Source: Minisyncoccota bacterium (GTDB lineage Bacteria; Patescibacteriota; Minisyncoccia; Phycocordibacterales; UBA2100). Taken from it: a stretch of DNA of 64,000 bases. Within the stretch, counting starts at the first letter, position 1. Every line of letters starts with the position of its first letter. Below the pieces are notes generated by a model that was given only the letters and a program-made list of their open reading frames with translations, was not told where the DNA came from and ran no database searches. The position numbers and the translations under genes are program-made. The DNA is taken from positions 129,356 through 193,355 of the forward strand of contig JARLIE010000183.1 in the NCBI GenBank assembly GCA_031291875.1, given 5' to 3'. This document shows, one piece after another, positions 8,531 to 17,817 of this stretch.

Positions 8531-10405
8531 ATGGAACCTTCAAATACAAACAAACTTACGAACAAGCCGCAGGCCCGACCTGCCGGTCGTCCGCAGCAAC
8601 GTCCGCCGCGTCCGCAATTCCAGCGCACGCGCCGCTACCGTCCGATGTCTTCGCGCCCTGCGCACCCGCGCCGCGGCAAGCAGCACATCGAGCACAAGAG
8701 CGAGCAGCCGAAGAAAACACAAAAGATCACACCTCCGGCGGAGAACGTGGTGCGCATCATTCCGCTCGGCGGCGTCGAGGAGATCGGCCGCAACATGACC
8801 GCGATCGAAACCGCTGACGACATCTTTATCCTCGACTGCGGCTTCCAATTCCGCGAAGACGATACACCGGGCATCGACTACATCCTCCCCAACACCGGCT
8901 ATCTCGAAGAGCGTCGTGACAAAATCCGCGGCCTTCTCATTTCGCACGGCCACCTCGACCACATCGGCGGTATTCCCTACATCATCGACCGCGTCGGCAA
9001 CCCGACGATCTACACCCGCAAATTGACCGGGATGATGATCAAGAAGCGCCAGGAAGAATTCGCCGGTTCTAACGTCACGATCCGCGAAGTCGAAAAAGAC
9101 GAGGTCATCAAGCTCGGCTCGACGACCATCCGTTTCTTCGGCGTCACGCACACCGTACCGGATTCGATGGGTATCATCATCGAAACCAAGTGGGGCGACG
9201 TCGTATTCACCGGCGACATCAAGCTCAACCACCGCGACGGCGATCCGAGCGACGAAGAAAAGCGCGAATTCGGCATCTTCAAAGACCGCAAGGTTTTGGC
9301 ACTCCTCATGGACTCGACCAACGTCTGGCAGCCAGGCTTCTCGATTCCGGAATACAACGTGTACCAAACGCTCGAAAAAATCGTGAAAGACTCCAAGGGA
9401 CGCCTCATCATCGCGATGTTCGCTTCTCACCTTGAGCGCCTTATCCGCATCGTGCAGTTCGCCGAAGAAGCCGGCAAGAAAGTCGTTATCGACGGCCGCT
9501 CGATGCGTACCAACATCGAGATCGCGCGCGAACTCGGCCTCATTAAGTACAAAGACGACACCGTCGTGCAGGTTGAGGATATCGAACGCGTCGCTCCCGA
9601 AAAGCTGATTATCCTTGCGACCGGCGCACAAGGCGACGAATTCGCCTCGCTTGCCCGTATCGGCAACAAGTCGCACAAGTACATCCGTCTGCAACCGACC
9701 GACACGATCGTTCTCTCTTCGTCCGTCATTCCGGGCAACGAGCGCGCGGTCCAGAAACTCAAAGACAACCTTTCGCGTCAGGGTGCGCACATCATCACCT
9801 ATCACACCTCCGACGTGCACGCTTCCGGCCACGGCAACCGCGGCGAAGCCGAATGGATCCACAAACAAATCAGGCCGAAATTCTTCGTTCCGGTACACGG
9901 CTACCACTACATGCTTCGCGTGCACGCCGATGTCGCGGCAGAGCTCGGCATGGATCCGCTGCACATCGCGATCCCGGACAATTCCTCGATCATTGAAATC
10001 ACTGATGGCGAGAAGATCTCTAAGCACGCGCTTAAGGCGCCGTCTGAGCTGCGTGTCGTCGAAGGCCAGACCGTTTCTGAGCTTTCCGATGTCCTTATGC
10101 GCGACCGCAAAGCGCTCGGCCAAGAGGGCTTTTGCGTCGTCGTCGCCACCGTTGATCGCCGTACCGGCAAGCTGCACAAGTCGCCGGACATCATTTCGCG
10201 CGGCTTCGTCTATCTTCGCGACAACAAAGAACTGATGGATCAAACCCGCCTCATCATCCGCAAGTCCGTGGAAACCTCGCTCCGCAACCCTCGTTCAGCC
10301 GATCTCGATATCGCGCGCGACGAATTGGCGGAAGCTGTCTCTCGCTTCCTCCTGCAGCGCACCCAAAAGCGCCCGATCGTGATCCCCGTAATCGTAAGCG
10401 TTTAA
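8531..10405 (+). CDS. rnj: Ribonuclease J (metallo-beta-lactamase/beta-CASP) with about 75-aa basic Pro/Arg-rich N-terminal extension
   Basis: IIPLGGVEEIGRNMTAIE..ILDCG, HGHLDHIGG, beta-CASP and C-terminal domains. The antisense 567-aa ORF is rejected. Confidence 0.93.
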   Translation: MEPSNTNKLTNKPQARPAGRPQQRPPRPQFQRTRRYRPMSSRPAHPRRGKQHIEHKSEQPKKTQKITPPAENVVRIIPLGGVEEIGRNMTAIETADDIFILDCGFQFREDDTPGIDYILPNTGYLEERRDKIRGLLISHGHLDHIGGIPYIIDRVGNPTIYTRKLTGMMIKKRQEEFAGSNVTIREVEKDEVIKLGSTTIRFFGVTHTVPDSMGIIIETKWGDVVFTGDIKLNHRDGDPSDEEKREFGIFKDRKVLALLMDSTNVWQPGFSIPEYNVYQTLEKIVKDSKGRLIIAMFASHLERLIRIVQFAEEAGKKVVIDGRSMRTNIEIARELGLIKYKDDTVVQVEDIERVAPEKLIILATGAQGDEFASLARIGNKSHKYIRLQPTDTIVLSSSVIPGNERAVQKLKDNLSRQGAHIITYHTSDVHASGHGNRGEAEWIHKQIRPKFFVPVHGYHYMLRVHADVAAELGMDPLHIAIPDNSSIIEITDGEKISKHALKAPSELRVVEGQTVSELSDVLMRDRKALGQEGFCVVVATVDRRTGKLHKSPDIISRGFVYLRDNKELMDQTRLIIRKSVETSLRNPRSADLDIARDELAEAVSRFLLQRTQKRPIVIPVIVSV

Positions 10406-10408
10406 TTT

Positions 10409-10440
10409 CTCAAGGTGTCACCTCATGGTGACACCTTGAG
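10409..10440. terminator. 14-bp perfect hairpin (CTCAAGGTGTCACC-tcat-GGTGACACCTTGAG) between convergent rnj and mutY-like genes
   Basis: Inverted repeat lies between stops at 10405 (+) and 10445 (-). Confidence 0.55.
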
Positions 10441-10444
10441 GGAG

Positions 10445-11263
10445 TTAGGCGACACGCCACTTTCCCTTCTCCCTTTTGAGTAAACCGTCGCGTTCCAATC
10501 CGGCTAAAGCCGTATCGATTCGGACAAGATCGAACCCTGTCGCAGTGACAAGATTCGATCTTGTCCGAGAGCCCTCATGTAATTGGCGTAGGATTTCTCC
10601 GCGGACCTGACGCAACGAACCCTCGAATCTCGATTGCTTCACGTAGTGTTTGCTCTGCGCGTTAGCGCGGATTCCCGAACGTTTGAGGTATGAGCCGTAA
10701 TCCATAAGCGCCCAGTGCCACTCCCTCGGGTCCTGGCCATCGGCGGCCTTCGCCGCGATCGGAATAAGATCCACGTCGCGGATCTCTTTTTTATCTTTAA
10801 AAAAATGATGGAAATACGCGGTTCGCACATTCGTTTCGATCAAAATGTCCGGCAAATCGAACGCGAAAACCCGTACGGCAGATGCCGTATACGGCCCCAT
10901 GCCGGGTAGTGCCCGCAGCTCCGCAACGTCTTTCGGGAAGACGCCCGCGTGTTTACCCGCTATCGCCCTCGCAGCGTCGTGCAAATATTTTCCCCGGCGG
11001 TTGTAACCGAGTCCATTCCATTCTTTTAGCACGTGGCCAAGGTCGGATCTTGCCAACACCCGCACCGTCGGGAAACGCTTGAGAAACGACTTGTATTTCT
11101 CGATGACGCGAGGGACCTGCGTTTGCTGCAACATTACTTCCGAAACGAGGATCTTATAGGGGTCGGTTGTTTTGCGCCACGGCAGATCGCTTCGGCCGTT
11201 ACTTTTGTAGTACCCGAGGACCGCTTTGCGAAACGCGGCAAGACTAGAGGGCTTCGATTTCAT
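10445..11263 (-). CDS. mutY: MutY-like A/G-specific adenine DNA glycosylase (HhH-GPD) lacking the [4Fe-4S] cysteine motif and the C-terminal NUDIX-like domain
   Basis: LPWRKTTDPYKILVSEVMLQQTQVPRVIEKYKSFLKRFPTV...LPGMGPYTASAV closely parallels E. coli MutY. The FeS-loop position reads ALMDYGSYLKRSGIRANAQ with no Cys. Start chosen at MKSKP to limit overlap with the upstream NUDIX gene. Confidence 0.75.
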   Translation of the reverse strand: MKSKPSSLAAFRKAVLGYYKSNGRSDLPWRKTTDPYKILVSEVMLQQTQVPRVIEKYKSFLKRFPTVRVLARSDLGHVLKEWNGLGYNRRGKYLHDAARAIAGKHAGVFPKDVAELRALPGMGPYTASAVRVFAFDLPDILIETNVRTAYFHHFFKDKKEIRDVDLIPIAAKAADGQDPREWHWALMDYGSYLKRSGIRANAQSKHYVKQSRFEGSLRQVRGEILRQLHEGSRTRSNLVTATGFDLVRIDTALAGLERDGLLKREKGKWRVA

Positions 11264-11720
11264 GGAGGTCTTGGTGCAGAATCGTATCTTCTGGCCCGAA
11301 AAGAAACGAGCCGGTAAATTTCTTTCCTTCGAGCAGCAGCGGTATCCAAAAAATATCATCCGGCCACATCAGCGCATAAGGTATTTCACTTTCGTCGAAC
11401 CACTGCGGCTTCATTTCCTCGGTTTCGACCGGATCTCCAGAAAATTCTCGAGTGGTAAAAACATGTACTTCGAGTGTTTCTTCGGGATTGTTGGCAAACG
11501 TAAAGGCAAGTAACCCGACCTTTTGAAGGATTAGTGCCTCTATTCCCGCCTCTTCACGCAATTCGCGTTTTGCCGCCGCCTCGATGGTTTCGCCCGCTTC
11601 GACTTTTCCACCGAAGCCGTTGAGTCGACCCGCGCCGAAGCCGCGCTTTTTCATACCGAGCAAAACGCGCGATCCCTGTCGCACCATACAAAGCGTGAGA
11701 ATCTTTCGTGTGGCGGCCAT
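11244..11720 (-). CDS. NUDIX hydrolase (MutT/8-oxo-dGTPase-like)
   Basis: Nudix box GGKVEAGETIEAAAKRELREEAGI; overlaps the mutY-like start by about 20 nt. Confidence 0.85.
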   Translation of the reverse strand: MAATRKILTLCMVRQGSRVLLGMKKRGFGAGRLNGFGGKVEAGETIEAAAKRELREEAGIEALILQKVGLLAFTFANNPEETLEVHVFTTREFSGDPVETEEMKPQWFDESEIPYALMWPDDIFWIPLLLEGKKFTGSFLFGPEDTILHQDLHEIEAL

Positions 11721-11723
11721 GCG

Positions 11724-12413
11724 CTAGAGCTGGTAGATCACATCTTTGCGCTCGACGACGACTTTCCATTTTTCCTTTTTGGCGTGCGCATACAGTTTTG
11801 CATTGGGATTGAAACAAATCGGCTTTGCGACGATTTCGAGAAATGCGATGTCGCTCTCGCTATCGCCGACACCGATTGAGTTACCCAGCTTCAGCGACTC
11901 TTTGTCGATCGCCCGACGAATGAGGTACGCCTTGTCGAGCGCCTGTTCGTCCATGATCTTTCCGGTGAATCGCTCCTCTTCGTCCGTTTCGTACAAAAGT
12001 CCGTACACTTTATCGAAGCCGAGGCGCGGGCAAAACTTGTCGAGGATCGTTTTTGGCGAATGAGAAATCGCGAGCAAAAAATAACCCCGCTCCTTGAGTT
12101 CTTTGATCAGGGCGCGCGGATAGCGATACGTATGCTTCCATTGCGCGGCAACGACACGCTTCGAGGCGTCTGCAAGAGCGCCGTAGTGCACGCCCGTCAG
12201 GTGCGTAGTAAAGGCTTGAATTACGCCTTGAATGTACGAATCGTAATCCCCTTCGCGGTCGAGCCATTTTTCATGCTGCTTGGCGTATGCGGCCTGCGCC
12301 TCTTCCGGAAACACACCGTCGCGGATCAGCTGCTCGACGACCTGGATAAGAAGCGAGGAGCGAAAAATAGTACCGTCGACGTCGAATACGGCAAATTTCT
12401 TTCCGGTGGCCAT
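11724..12413 (-). CDS. HAD-superfamily hydrolase, subfamily IB (phosphoserine phosphatase-like)
   Basis: FAVFDVDGTIF motif I, GDSESD motif IV. Confidence 0.8.
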   Translation of the reverse strand: MATGKKFAVFDVDGTIFRSSLLIQVVEQLIRDGVFPEEAQAAYAKQHEKWLDREGDYDSYIQGVIQAFTTHLTGVHYGALADASKRVVAAQWKHTYRYPRALIKELKERGYFLLAISHSPKTILDKFCPRLGFDKVYGLLYETDEEERFTGKIMDEQALDKAYLIRRAIDKESLKLGNSIGVGDSESDIAFLEIVAKPICFNPNAKLYAHAKKEKWKVVVERKDVIYQL

Positions 12414-12455
12414 GACGATATGGTACCCGATGCTCGGGCCTTGTCGATACCGCGT

Positions 12456-13607
12456 TTATTGAACCTTTGGACCGCCGACCTTTTTGAGAATATCGGACTT
12501 GAACGCGTAAGTACGGCTTTTTTGAGAGGCAAATCGCTCCTGCGCGAGCCTGATGAGCTCCAAGACAAGGTCACGATTCGATACCCCGGAGGCCTTCCAA
12601 TTGTGATGATACAAACTCCCGGGCAGCGTATTTACCTCGTTTACAAACACCTCCTTCGTCGAATCATTGACGAGAAAATCGACGCGCGCGATCCCACTGC
12701 AGCCGAGTGTGCGATAGACGCGAATGCCGAGGTCTTTGATCTGCCGAGTAAGTTCTTCCGATATCTTTGCCGGAATTTCACTGTATGCGTTGTTGACGCC
12801 GCTCGATTTGCCGCTCGAAAGATATTTATCATTGAAATCAAAAAGTTCAGAAGTGTTCAGCGGGCGTTCGCACTGCGCAGCGCGGACATCGTCGTTGCCC
12901 ATGAGCGGGAGCGTGATTTCAAGCAGCGGCTCGACCGCCTCCTCGACCAGGACTTTATCGTCGTAGTGGAGCGCAACCTCGATTGCATTTTCGAGCTCCG
13001 CGTCTGTTTTTGCTTTCGCGATACCGATGGAAGAGCCGAGGTGTACCGGCTTCACGAAATACGGCGCTTTCAATTGTTTAATCTTTGTTCGGAAATGATC
13101 CGCATCCGCCTTCCATTGCGCCTGGGTAAACCATACATAGGGCACGACCGGCATACCCTCAGCCGCAACCACTTCTTTCGTGAGCACTTTGTCCATCGCG
13201 ACGGCGGAAGCGAAAATATCGCATCCAACGAAAGGAACGTTCGCCATGCGCAAAAGTCCCATCAAGGAGCCGTCTTCGCCGAACGTGCCGTGCATCGAGG
13301 GAAACACAATATCGATCTTCTGACTCTTTCCGAACACACCCGGCCACACGATTTCAAATCCGGCGGTGAATGAGAGCGACACAGGCTTCATTTCGGAGAG
13401 CTGCGCCTCCCAGTCGGGCTGCTTGAAAAAACCAAGCTCGTTCATGCGCTGGTCGCAGTACCATTTTCCCTCTTTCGAAATGTACACCGGCCAAACGTTG
13501 TATTCCCGGGTTGCAAGCAATGTCTCGATGATCGGGATATGCGCGGTGATGATGGAAACGTCGTGTTCGGCACTCCTGCCGCCGAAGATGACCGCAATGG
13601 ATTTCAT
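12456..13607 (-). CDS. ddl: D-alanine--D-alanine ligase
   Basis: MKSIAVIFGGRSAEHDVS, HGTFGEDGSLMGLL, ATP-grasp C-terminal region; start at Met7 of the ORF. Confidence 0.92.
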   Translation of the reverse strand: MKSIAVIFGGRSAEHDVSIITAHIPIIETLLATREYNVWPVYISKEGKWYCDQRMNELGFFKQPDWEAQLSEMKPVSLSFTAGFEIVWPGVFGKSQKIDIVFPSMHGTFGEDGSLMGLLRMANVPFVGCDIFASAVAMDKVLTKEVVAAEGMPVVPYVWFTQAQWKADADHFRTKIKQLKAPYFVKPVHLGSSIGIAKAKTDAELENAIEVALHYDDKVLVEEAVEPLLEITLPLMGNDDVRAAQCERPLNTSELFDFNDKYLSSGKSSGVNNAYSEIPAKISEELTRQIKDLGIRVYRTLGCSGIARVDFLVNDSTKEVFVNEVNTLPGSLYHHNWKASGVSNRDLVLELIRLAQERFASQKSRTYAFKSDILKKVGGPKVQ

Positions 13608-13687
13608 GCCCCCATAGTACCGCATGCTCGGCCCAATACGAACCCGAGACTCAAGGACGCCTTGCCTATAACCCTTTGGAAATTGGG

Positions 13688-15109
13688 TTAGAAATATTGA
13701 TCAGGCCAGTCGTTTTGGATGAGGACGACGTCGCCGGATACAGTCATGGTTGGCAATGCCCGGTAGGCGGCCAGTGCTTCGTCGAACCAGACGATTTCAC
13801 CCTTGTAGTCGCTCTCCTGCAGTCCTTTTGCAATGTACGGCGTAACTGAATTGCGTAGCAGCACGACCTTCTCGATGTGCGCTTGCGCGAGCTCGCGCCC
13901 GATCGTCTCGTGCACCTCCTGTTTGCGAGATCCCATTTCGACAAGCCCGGGCGTCACATACCAGCGTCGCCTCCCCTGCAATGTCCTGAGAAACTCGATC
14001 GCGACGCGCGCGCCGTCCGGATTGCCGTTGTAACTGTCGTCGATCATAACAACGCCTCCGTCAAGGCGCGGCTGCAGACGATGGTCGAACGGTTTCGTAC
14101 GCTCGATGCCGAGGCGAATTTGCTCGTCGGTGAGTCCGAGCTTCGACGCAATGTCCGCAGCTGCGGCGATCGGGCCGACATTGTGCAAACCAAGCAGCTT
14201 CGAGCGAGCACGCAAAACAGCCTCGTCATGTTTGAAATCAATACTCGTACCTTCGATGCCCGTTTCGGCGGCAACTACCTGCCAATCACCTGCTCCGTGC
14301 GCATCGTAACGGATGTGAGTCGTAGCGGCATGTGCGCGGACGAGCTCGTTATCGGCGTTCACATAGACAGGCTTGTCTTTCAAATAGCGCGCGAGCTCAA
14401 AGATGGTAGCTGCCGCGCGATCGACCGTCTTGAAACGCTCCAGGTGCGCCTCGTTGATACCGGTGATGACTCCCCACTGCGGTTCGACGAACTTGCACAA
14501 GCGCATAATGTCGCCTGGATAGTATTCTCCGAATTCAAAAATGAGCACCTCCTCGTCGCCGCGCAGCTGTTCAACAAACTTCGCGATGCCAAGCGGGGTG
14601 TTGTGACTTCCGCCCGGCGCTGCAACACGCTTGCCGCTCGAGAGTACCGATTTCAAAATCTCGCGCATCGTCGTTTTGCCGTAACTGCCGGCGACGGCGA
14701 TTTTCACGGCCGGATGCTTTTTGAGAACGCGTTTGGCGCGAGCAACGATGTACCACTCGACGGGAATTTGCAGCGCATTCAGGAAGAGCATCAAGACAAA
14801 AAGCGAGTACGGTACAAGAAACGGCGCAAAAAGGATACCGATAATCGCGGAGATAACGCCCGGCACGCCCGTCTCGAACGCGACGTAGGCCGACATGCCC
14901 GCACTAAACACAAACGATCCCCAAGCAAAGAGTATGAGCAGCACGGCCTTTGGGGTGTACACGAGGTGCTTGCGTTTCTCGATCGCTGAAAAATCGAACG
15001 TGCGGTGATACCAGGCAAGAAATTCGCGAGGATAATATTCGTTTGCCTGCATCATGTAGATGAGGGTACGGATATAGAGCGGATGATAGCGAGACAAAAG
15101 TCCTTTCAT
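13688..15109 (-). CDS. murF: UDP-N-acetylmuramoyl-tripeptide--D-alanyl-D-alanine ligase MurF with about 130-aa N-terminal polytopic membrane extension
   Basis: IAVAGSYGKTTMREIL P-loop, DDSYNGNPDG, Mur ligase C-terminal region. N-terminus has 3-4 hydrophobic helices (AVLLILFAWGSFVFSAGMSAYVAF..., VISAIIGILFAPFLVPYSLFVLMLFL). Confidence 0.85.
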   Translation of the reverse strand: MKGLLSRYHPLYIRTLIYMMQANEYYPREFLAWYHRTFDFSAIEKRKHLVYTPKAVLLILFAWGSFVFSAGMSAYVAFETGVPGVISAIIGILFAPFLVPYSLFVLMLFLNALQIPVEWYIVARAKRVLKKHPAVKIAVAGSYGKTTMREILKSVLSSGKRVAAPGGSHNTPLGIAKFVEQLRGDEEVLIFEFGEYYPGDIMRLCKFVEPQWGVITGINEAHLERFKTVDRAAATIFELARYLKDKPVYVNADNELVRAHAATTHIRYDAHGAGDWQVVAAETGIEGTSIDFKHDEAVLRARSKLLGLHNVGPIAAAADIASKLGLTDEQIRLGIERTKPFDHRLQPRLDGGVVMIDDSYNGNPDGARVAIEFLRTLQGRRRWYVTPGLVEMGSRKQEVHETIGRELAQAHIEKVVLLRNSVTPYIAKGLQESDYKGEIVWFDEALAAYRALPTMTVSGDVVLIQNDWPDQYF

Positions 15110-15852
15110 ACAAAAGATCGAAGGTAACCGGCGACCTCACTGGGCTTATCCTGATGCGGCACATGGCCTGCGCCCGCGACGATCTCCATTCGCGATCCTT
15201 CGATAGCGGCCGCAAGACGTTTGCCATCTTCGAGCGGTGTTGTCGCGTCGAGCTCGCCCCACACCAGCAGCGTCGGTACCTTGATGCGGCGTGCGTAGAG
15301 CGTGAGATCTTCGTTGATTGTATTGAGGTAGGTCTGCGAAAGTGCGCCGGCTTCCAGGTAGTCGCTGCCAGTGTGACGATATAAGCGCTTTCGCAGTGCC
15401 GTGTAGAGCGAGCGCGGGACGAAAACGGAGAGCGCCTTCCCTATTTTTGCGATGGCGCGATACACGAGCGCCTTCGGCGTATTTCGCTTTGCATTGCCGG
15501 CGGCGTCGATCAAAACTATTTTTGGAGCCGTTAGCGTACCTTCTCCGAATCCTTTGAGAATAACTCTGCCGCCGAAGGAATGGCCGACGATAGCAACCGG
15601 TTCGAGATCGACCCGTCGTAGAAAATCACGCACGAAACTCGCGTAGTCGGCGACGTACCATGGTTTCGGTGGCAATTCGCTCGTACCGAATCCGGGCATA
15701 TCGAGCCGGACGACGCGATACCTGTCGGCTAGTAGTTTCGTAAGCTCGTCGAAACTCGTGAGTGAATGCATCCAGCCGTGCAGCAACAGCAGTACCGGCC
15801 CTTGCCCCTCATCCTTATATTCGACGGCAATGTTATCGACGATGGTTTTCAT
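15106..15852 (-). CDS. Alpha/beta-fold hydrolase
   Basis: HGWMHS, GHSFGG nucleophile elbow, C-terminal GAGH. Confidence 0.8.
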   Translation of the reverse strand: MKTIVDNIAVEYKDEGQGPVLLLLHGWMHSLTSFDELTKLLADRYRVVRLDMPGFGTSELPPKPWYVADYASFVRDFLRRVDLEPVAIVGHSFGGRVILKGFGEGTLTAPKIVLIDAAGNAKRNTPKALVYRAIAKIGKALSVFVPRSLYTALRKRLYRHTGSDYLEAGALSQTYLNTINEDLTLYARRIKVPTLLVWGELDATTPLEDGKRLAAAIEGSRMEIVAGAGHVPHQDKPSEVAGYLRSFV

Positions 15853-16541
15853 ACACCTTGTGCTTTGCGCTTGCCGGCAGCGCCATTCCAGCGTTTATTC
15901 GCCTCCGGCCAGAGCTTGGTAAGCGGATGCTCCGAGCAGTCGTGGGGTCGCGCCTGACAAACATATCTGCCGTAGAGCACGAGGCCGTTATTGACGTACT
16001 TCCAATCCTTTTTGGGGACGAGTGCTTCGAGGTCGTGGGAGATTTTCTTGAGATCGGTATTGTCGCTGAGATCGAAACGATACGCGAAACGCTTCACGTG
16101 CGTGTCGGTCGGTATACCGTCCCAAATTTCATACAATTCACCGAGCACGACGTTTGCCGTTTTGTACGCCACGCCGGGTAGCGTGACGAGCTCGTCGACC
16201 GTGCGCGGGATATTACCGCCGAAATCATTTTCGATCATCTTCGCGGCGGCGATGATAGCCTTTGCCTTGTTGCGAAAAAAAGAGAGCGAGGCAACCTCCT
16301 TTTCGAACGCCTTCGGGTTGGCGCGCGCGAAGTCGCGCACGGTTTTGTATTTCTTATACAGCGACTCCGTAACCTTATTCACCTGTTTGTCGGTCGCCTG
16401 TGCCGAGAGCATAACTGCCGCCAAAAGCTGCATTGGCGTTTTGTAGTGGAGCTCCGTTTTCGGCTTCGGATACGTCTTTTTCAGATAAGAGACCATCCTT
16501 GCGGCCCGCTTTTTGCGCGCTTCGAATTGGGCCGATTTCAT
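15849..16541 (-). CDS. nth: Endonuclease III-like HhH-GPD glycosylase/lyase with incomplete FeS ligand set
   Basis: LPGVAYKTANVVLGE (catalytic Lys), DTHVKRF (catalytic Asp). The cluster loop reads CQARPHDCSEHPLTKLW, where the 3rd and 4th Cys positions are His and Trp. Confidence 0.8.
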   Translation of the reverse strand: MKSAQFEARKKRAARMVSYLKKTYPKPKTELHYKTPMQLLAAVMLSAQATDKQVNKVTESLYKKYKTVRDFARANPKAFEKEVASLSFFRNKAKAIIAAAKMIENDFGGNIPRTVDELVTLPGVAYKTANVVLGELYEIWDGIPTDTHVKRFAYRFDLSDNTDLKKISHDLEALVPKKDWKYVNNGLVLYGRYVCQARPHDCSEHPLTKLWPEANKRWNGAAGKRKAQGV

Positions 16542-16585
16542 GCCGAAATCCTAGCATATTGCCGCGAATGCACACGGCTCTAGCC

Positions 16586-17077
16586 CTATTTGATCGTAAT
16601 CGGAATCGTCACTTCGTCGGCGTTTTCAGGATTTCCCGAAGGATTGTCTTTGAGGAGAATCAGAATTGCCGGGCCGTGATAGGAGGCATCGACGCTCACC
16701 GTAGCGGTAAACGCGATCGGCCCGGGCTGCGTCCAATCGCCCTGCGCCCTCCCTTGCGTCGAGCCGATAAGATCGTCGTTTGAGTCTCGCACCTGGATCG
16801 GAAACACTGCCTCGAAGAACCAACCGCCGGGAGCCGTGCCGGTAACCGTGAACGTGCGTGAGACGCTTGCATTTTGTTTCGGTGACGAGACACTCACCTG
16901 CTGATCGAGTGGTACGTTCGAAGTCGTAGTGGCAGGCGTAGATGACACTGTAGAGCTCGTCGTATGAGTAGAGGGCGTCGTTTGCGGCATCGCGGGCGTC
17001 GTAAACCAAATCCACGCGAGCGCCGCAAGTATGCATACGAGTATCGCGAGCAGGATAGTCCAGCCGATTTTGGTCAT
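16586..17077 (-). CDS. Membrane-anchored Gmad2/immunoglobulin-like domain protein
   Basis: TM anchor MTKIGWTILLAILVCILAALAWIW, Thr/Ser linker, Gmad2-like C-terminus (TFTVTGTAPGGWFFEAVFPIQVRD...); start at an internal Met, 4-nt overlap with the upstream gene. Confidence 0.65.
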   Translation of the reverse strand: MTKIGWTILLAILVCILAALAWIWFTTPAMPQTTPSTHTTSSTVSSTPATTTSNVPLDQQVSVSSPKQNASVSRTFTVTGTAPGGWFFEAVFPIQVRDSNDDLIGSTQGRAQGDWTQPGPIAFTATVSVDASYHGPAILILLKDNPSGNPENADEVTIPITIK

Positions 17078-17724
17078 ACGCGAGAGCGGTGCTCTTGCGC
17101 ATAGAGCATGTACGAATACAACACGAGTCCGACTGCGATAATGACGAGCGGCAAGAAAATAATCCACGCAGCATACGAGGGCGCAAATATACCGAGCACG
17201 ATTACGACACCGAGCGCCTTGAAAAGTGTTCCGCCGAGTTCGTGCGTGCGTTGCCAGACGTGATCCGAAGAAATCGTCCACGGCGTTCGAATGCCGATAA
17301 ACCAGTTACGTTTCGTTTGCGGCAAAAGCATGCCGATATAAAAAACCAAGATGCCGACCGCGGGAAGCACGATGAGTCGTGTATCGAACCCACCGCCCAA
17401 ATTCCACGCGAGCAGCGCTGTTTGGATACACGCAAAAACCAACATTAGGATTGCGACGAAGGTATCGTATTGTTTCTTGAAAGTTTCAATGTTCGCGCGC
17501 AGTGGATCGATGTACGGTATCGCGATACACAGCAAGAGCGTGAGCAGCATGATGAACGGTAGAAGAAACGCCCCGGTGAAAGAATCCATCGTCCCGTTCA
17601 CCGTACCGTCGGCTGCCCAATGCGTCGCTATAATCGGCGGCAAGGATGGATACACCAAAATAGAGCCGATGACGGTGGCGGCAAAGATGATCCAAGCGAG
17701 CCTTCGAGCTACCAGTGAGGACAT
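17074..17724 (-). CDS. DUF1648/SdpI-family membrane protein
   Basis: PIIATHWAADGTVNGTMD motif, 5-6 TM helices. Confidence 0.7.
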   Translation of the reverse strand: MSSLVARRLAWIIFAATVIGSILVYPSLPPIIATHWAADGTVNGTMDSFTGAFLLPFIMLLTLLLCIAIPYIDPLRANIETFKKQYDTFVAILMLVFACIQTALLAWNLGGGFDTRLIVLPAVGILVFYIGMLLPQTKRNWFIGIRTPWTISSDHVWQRTHELGGTLFKALGVVIVLGIFAPSYAAWIIFLPLVIIAVGLVLYSYMLYAQEHRSRV

Positions 17725-17817
17725 ACCAGAGTGACGTTTTCAGTATACGCCCCGTTACGCAAAAAGGAACGCCTAGGTGCTAAAAAGGGCCATTTCTGCT
17801 AGTATTCTCGGATTCCT

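Noticed and set aside
8540-10243. Minus-strand 567-aa ORF
   Set aside because: Antisense to RNase J; no recognisable motifs.
12060-14989. Plus-strand ORFs 12060..13373 (437 aa) and 13877..14989 (370 aa)
   Set aside because: Antisense to ddl and murF.
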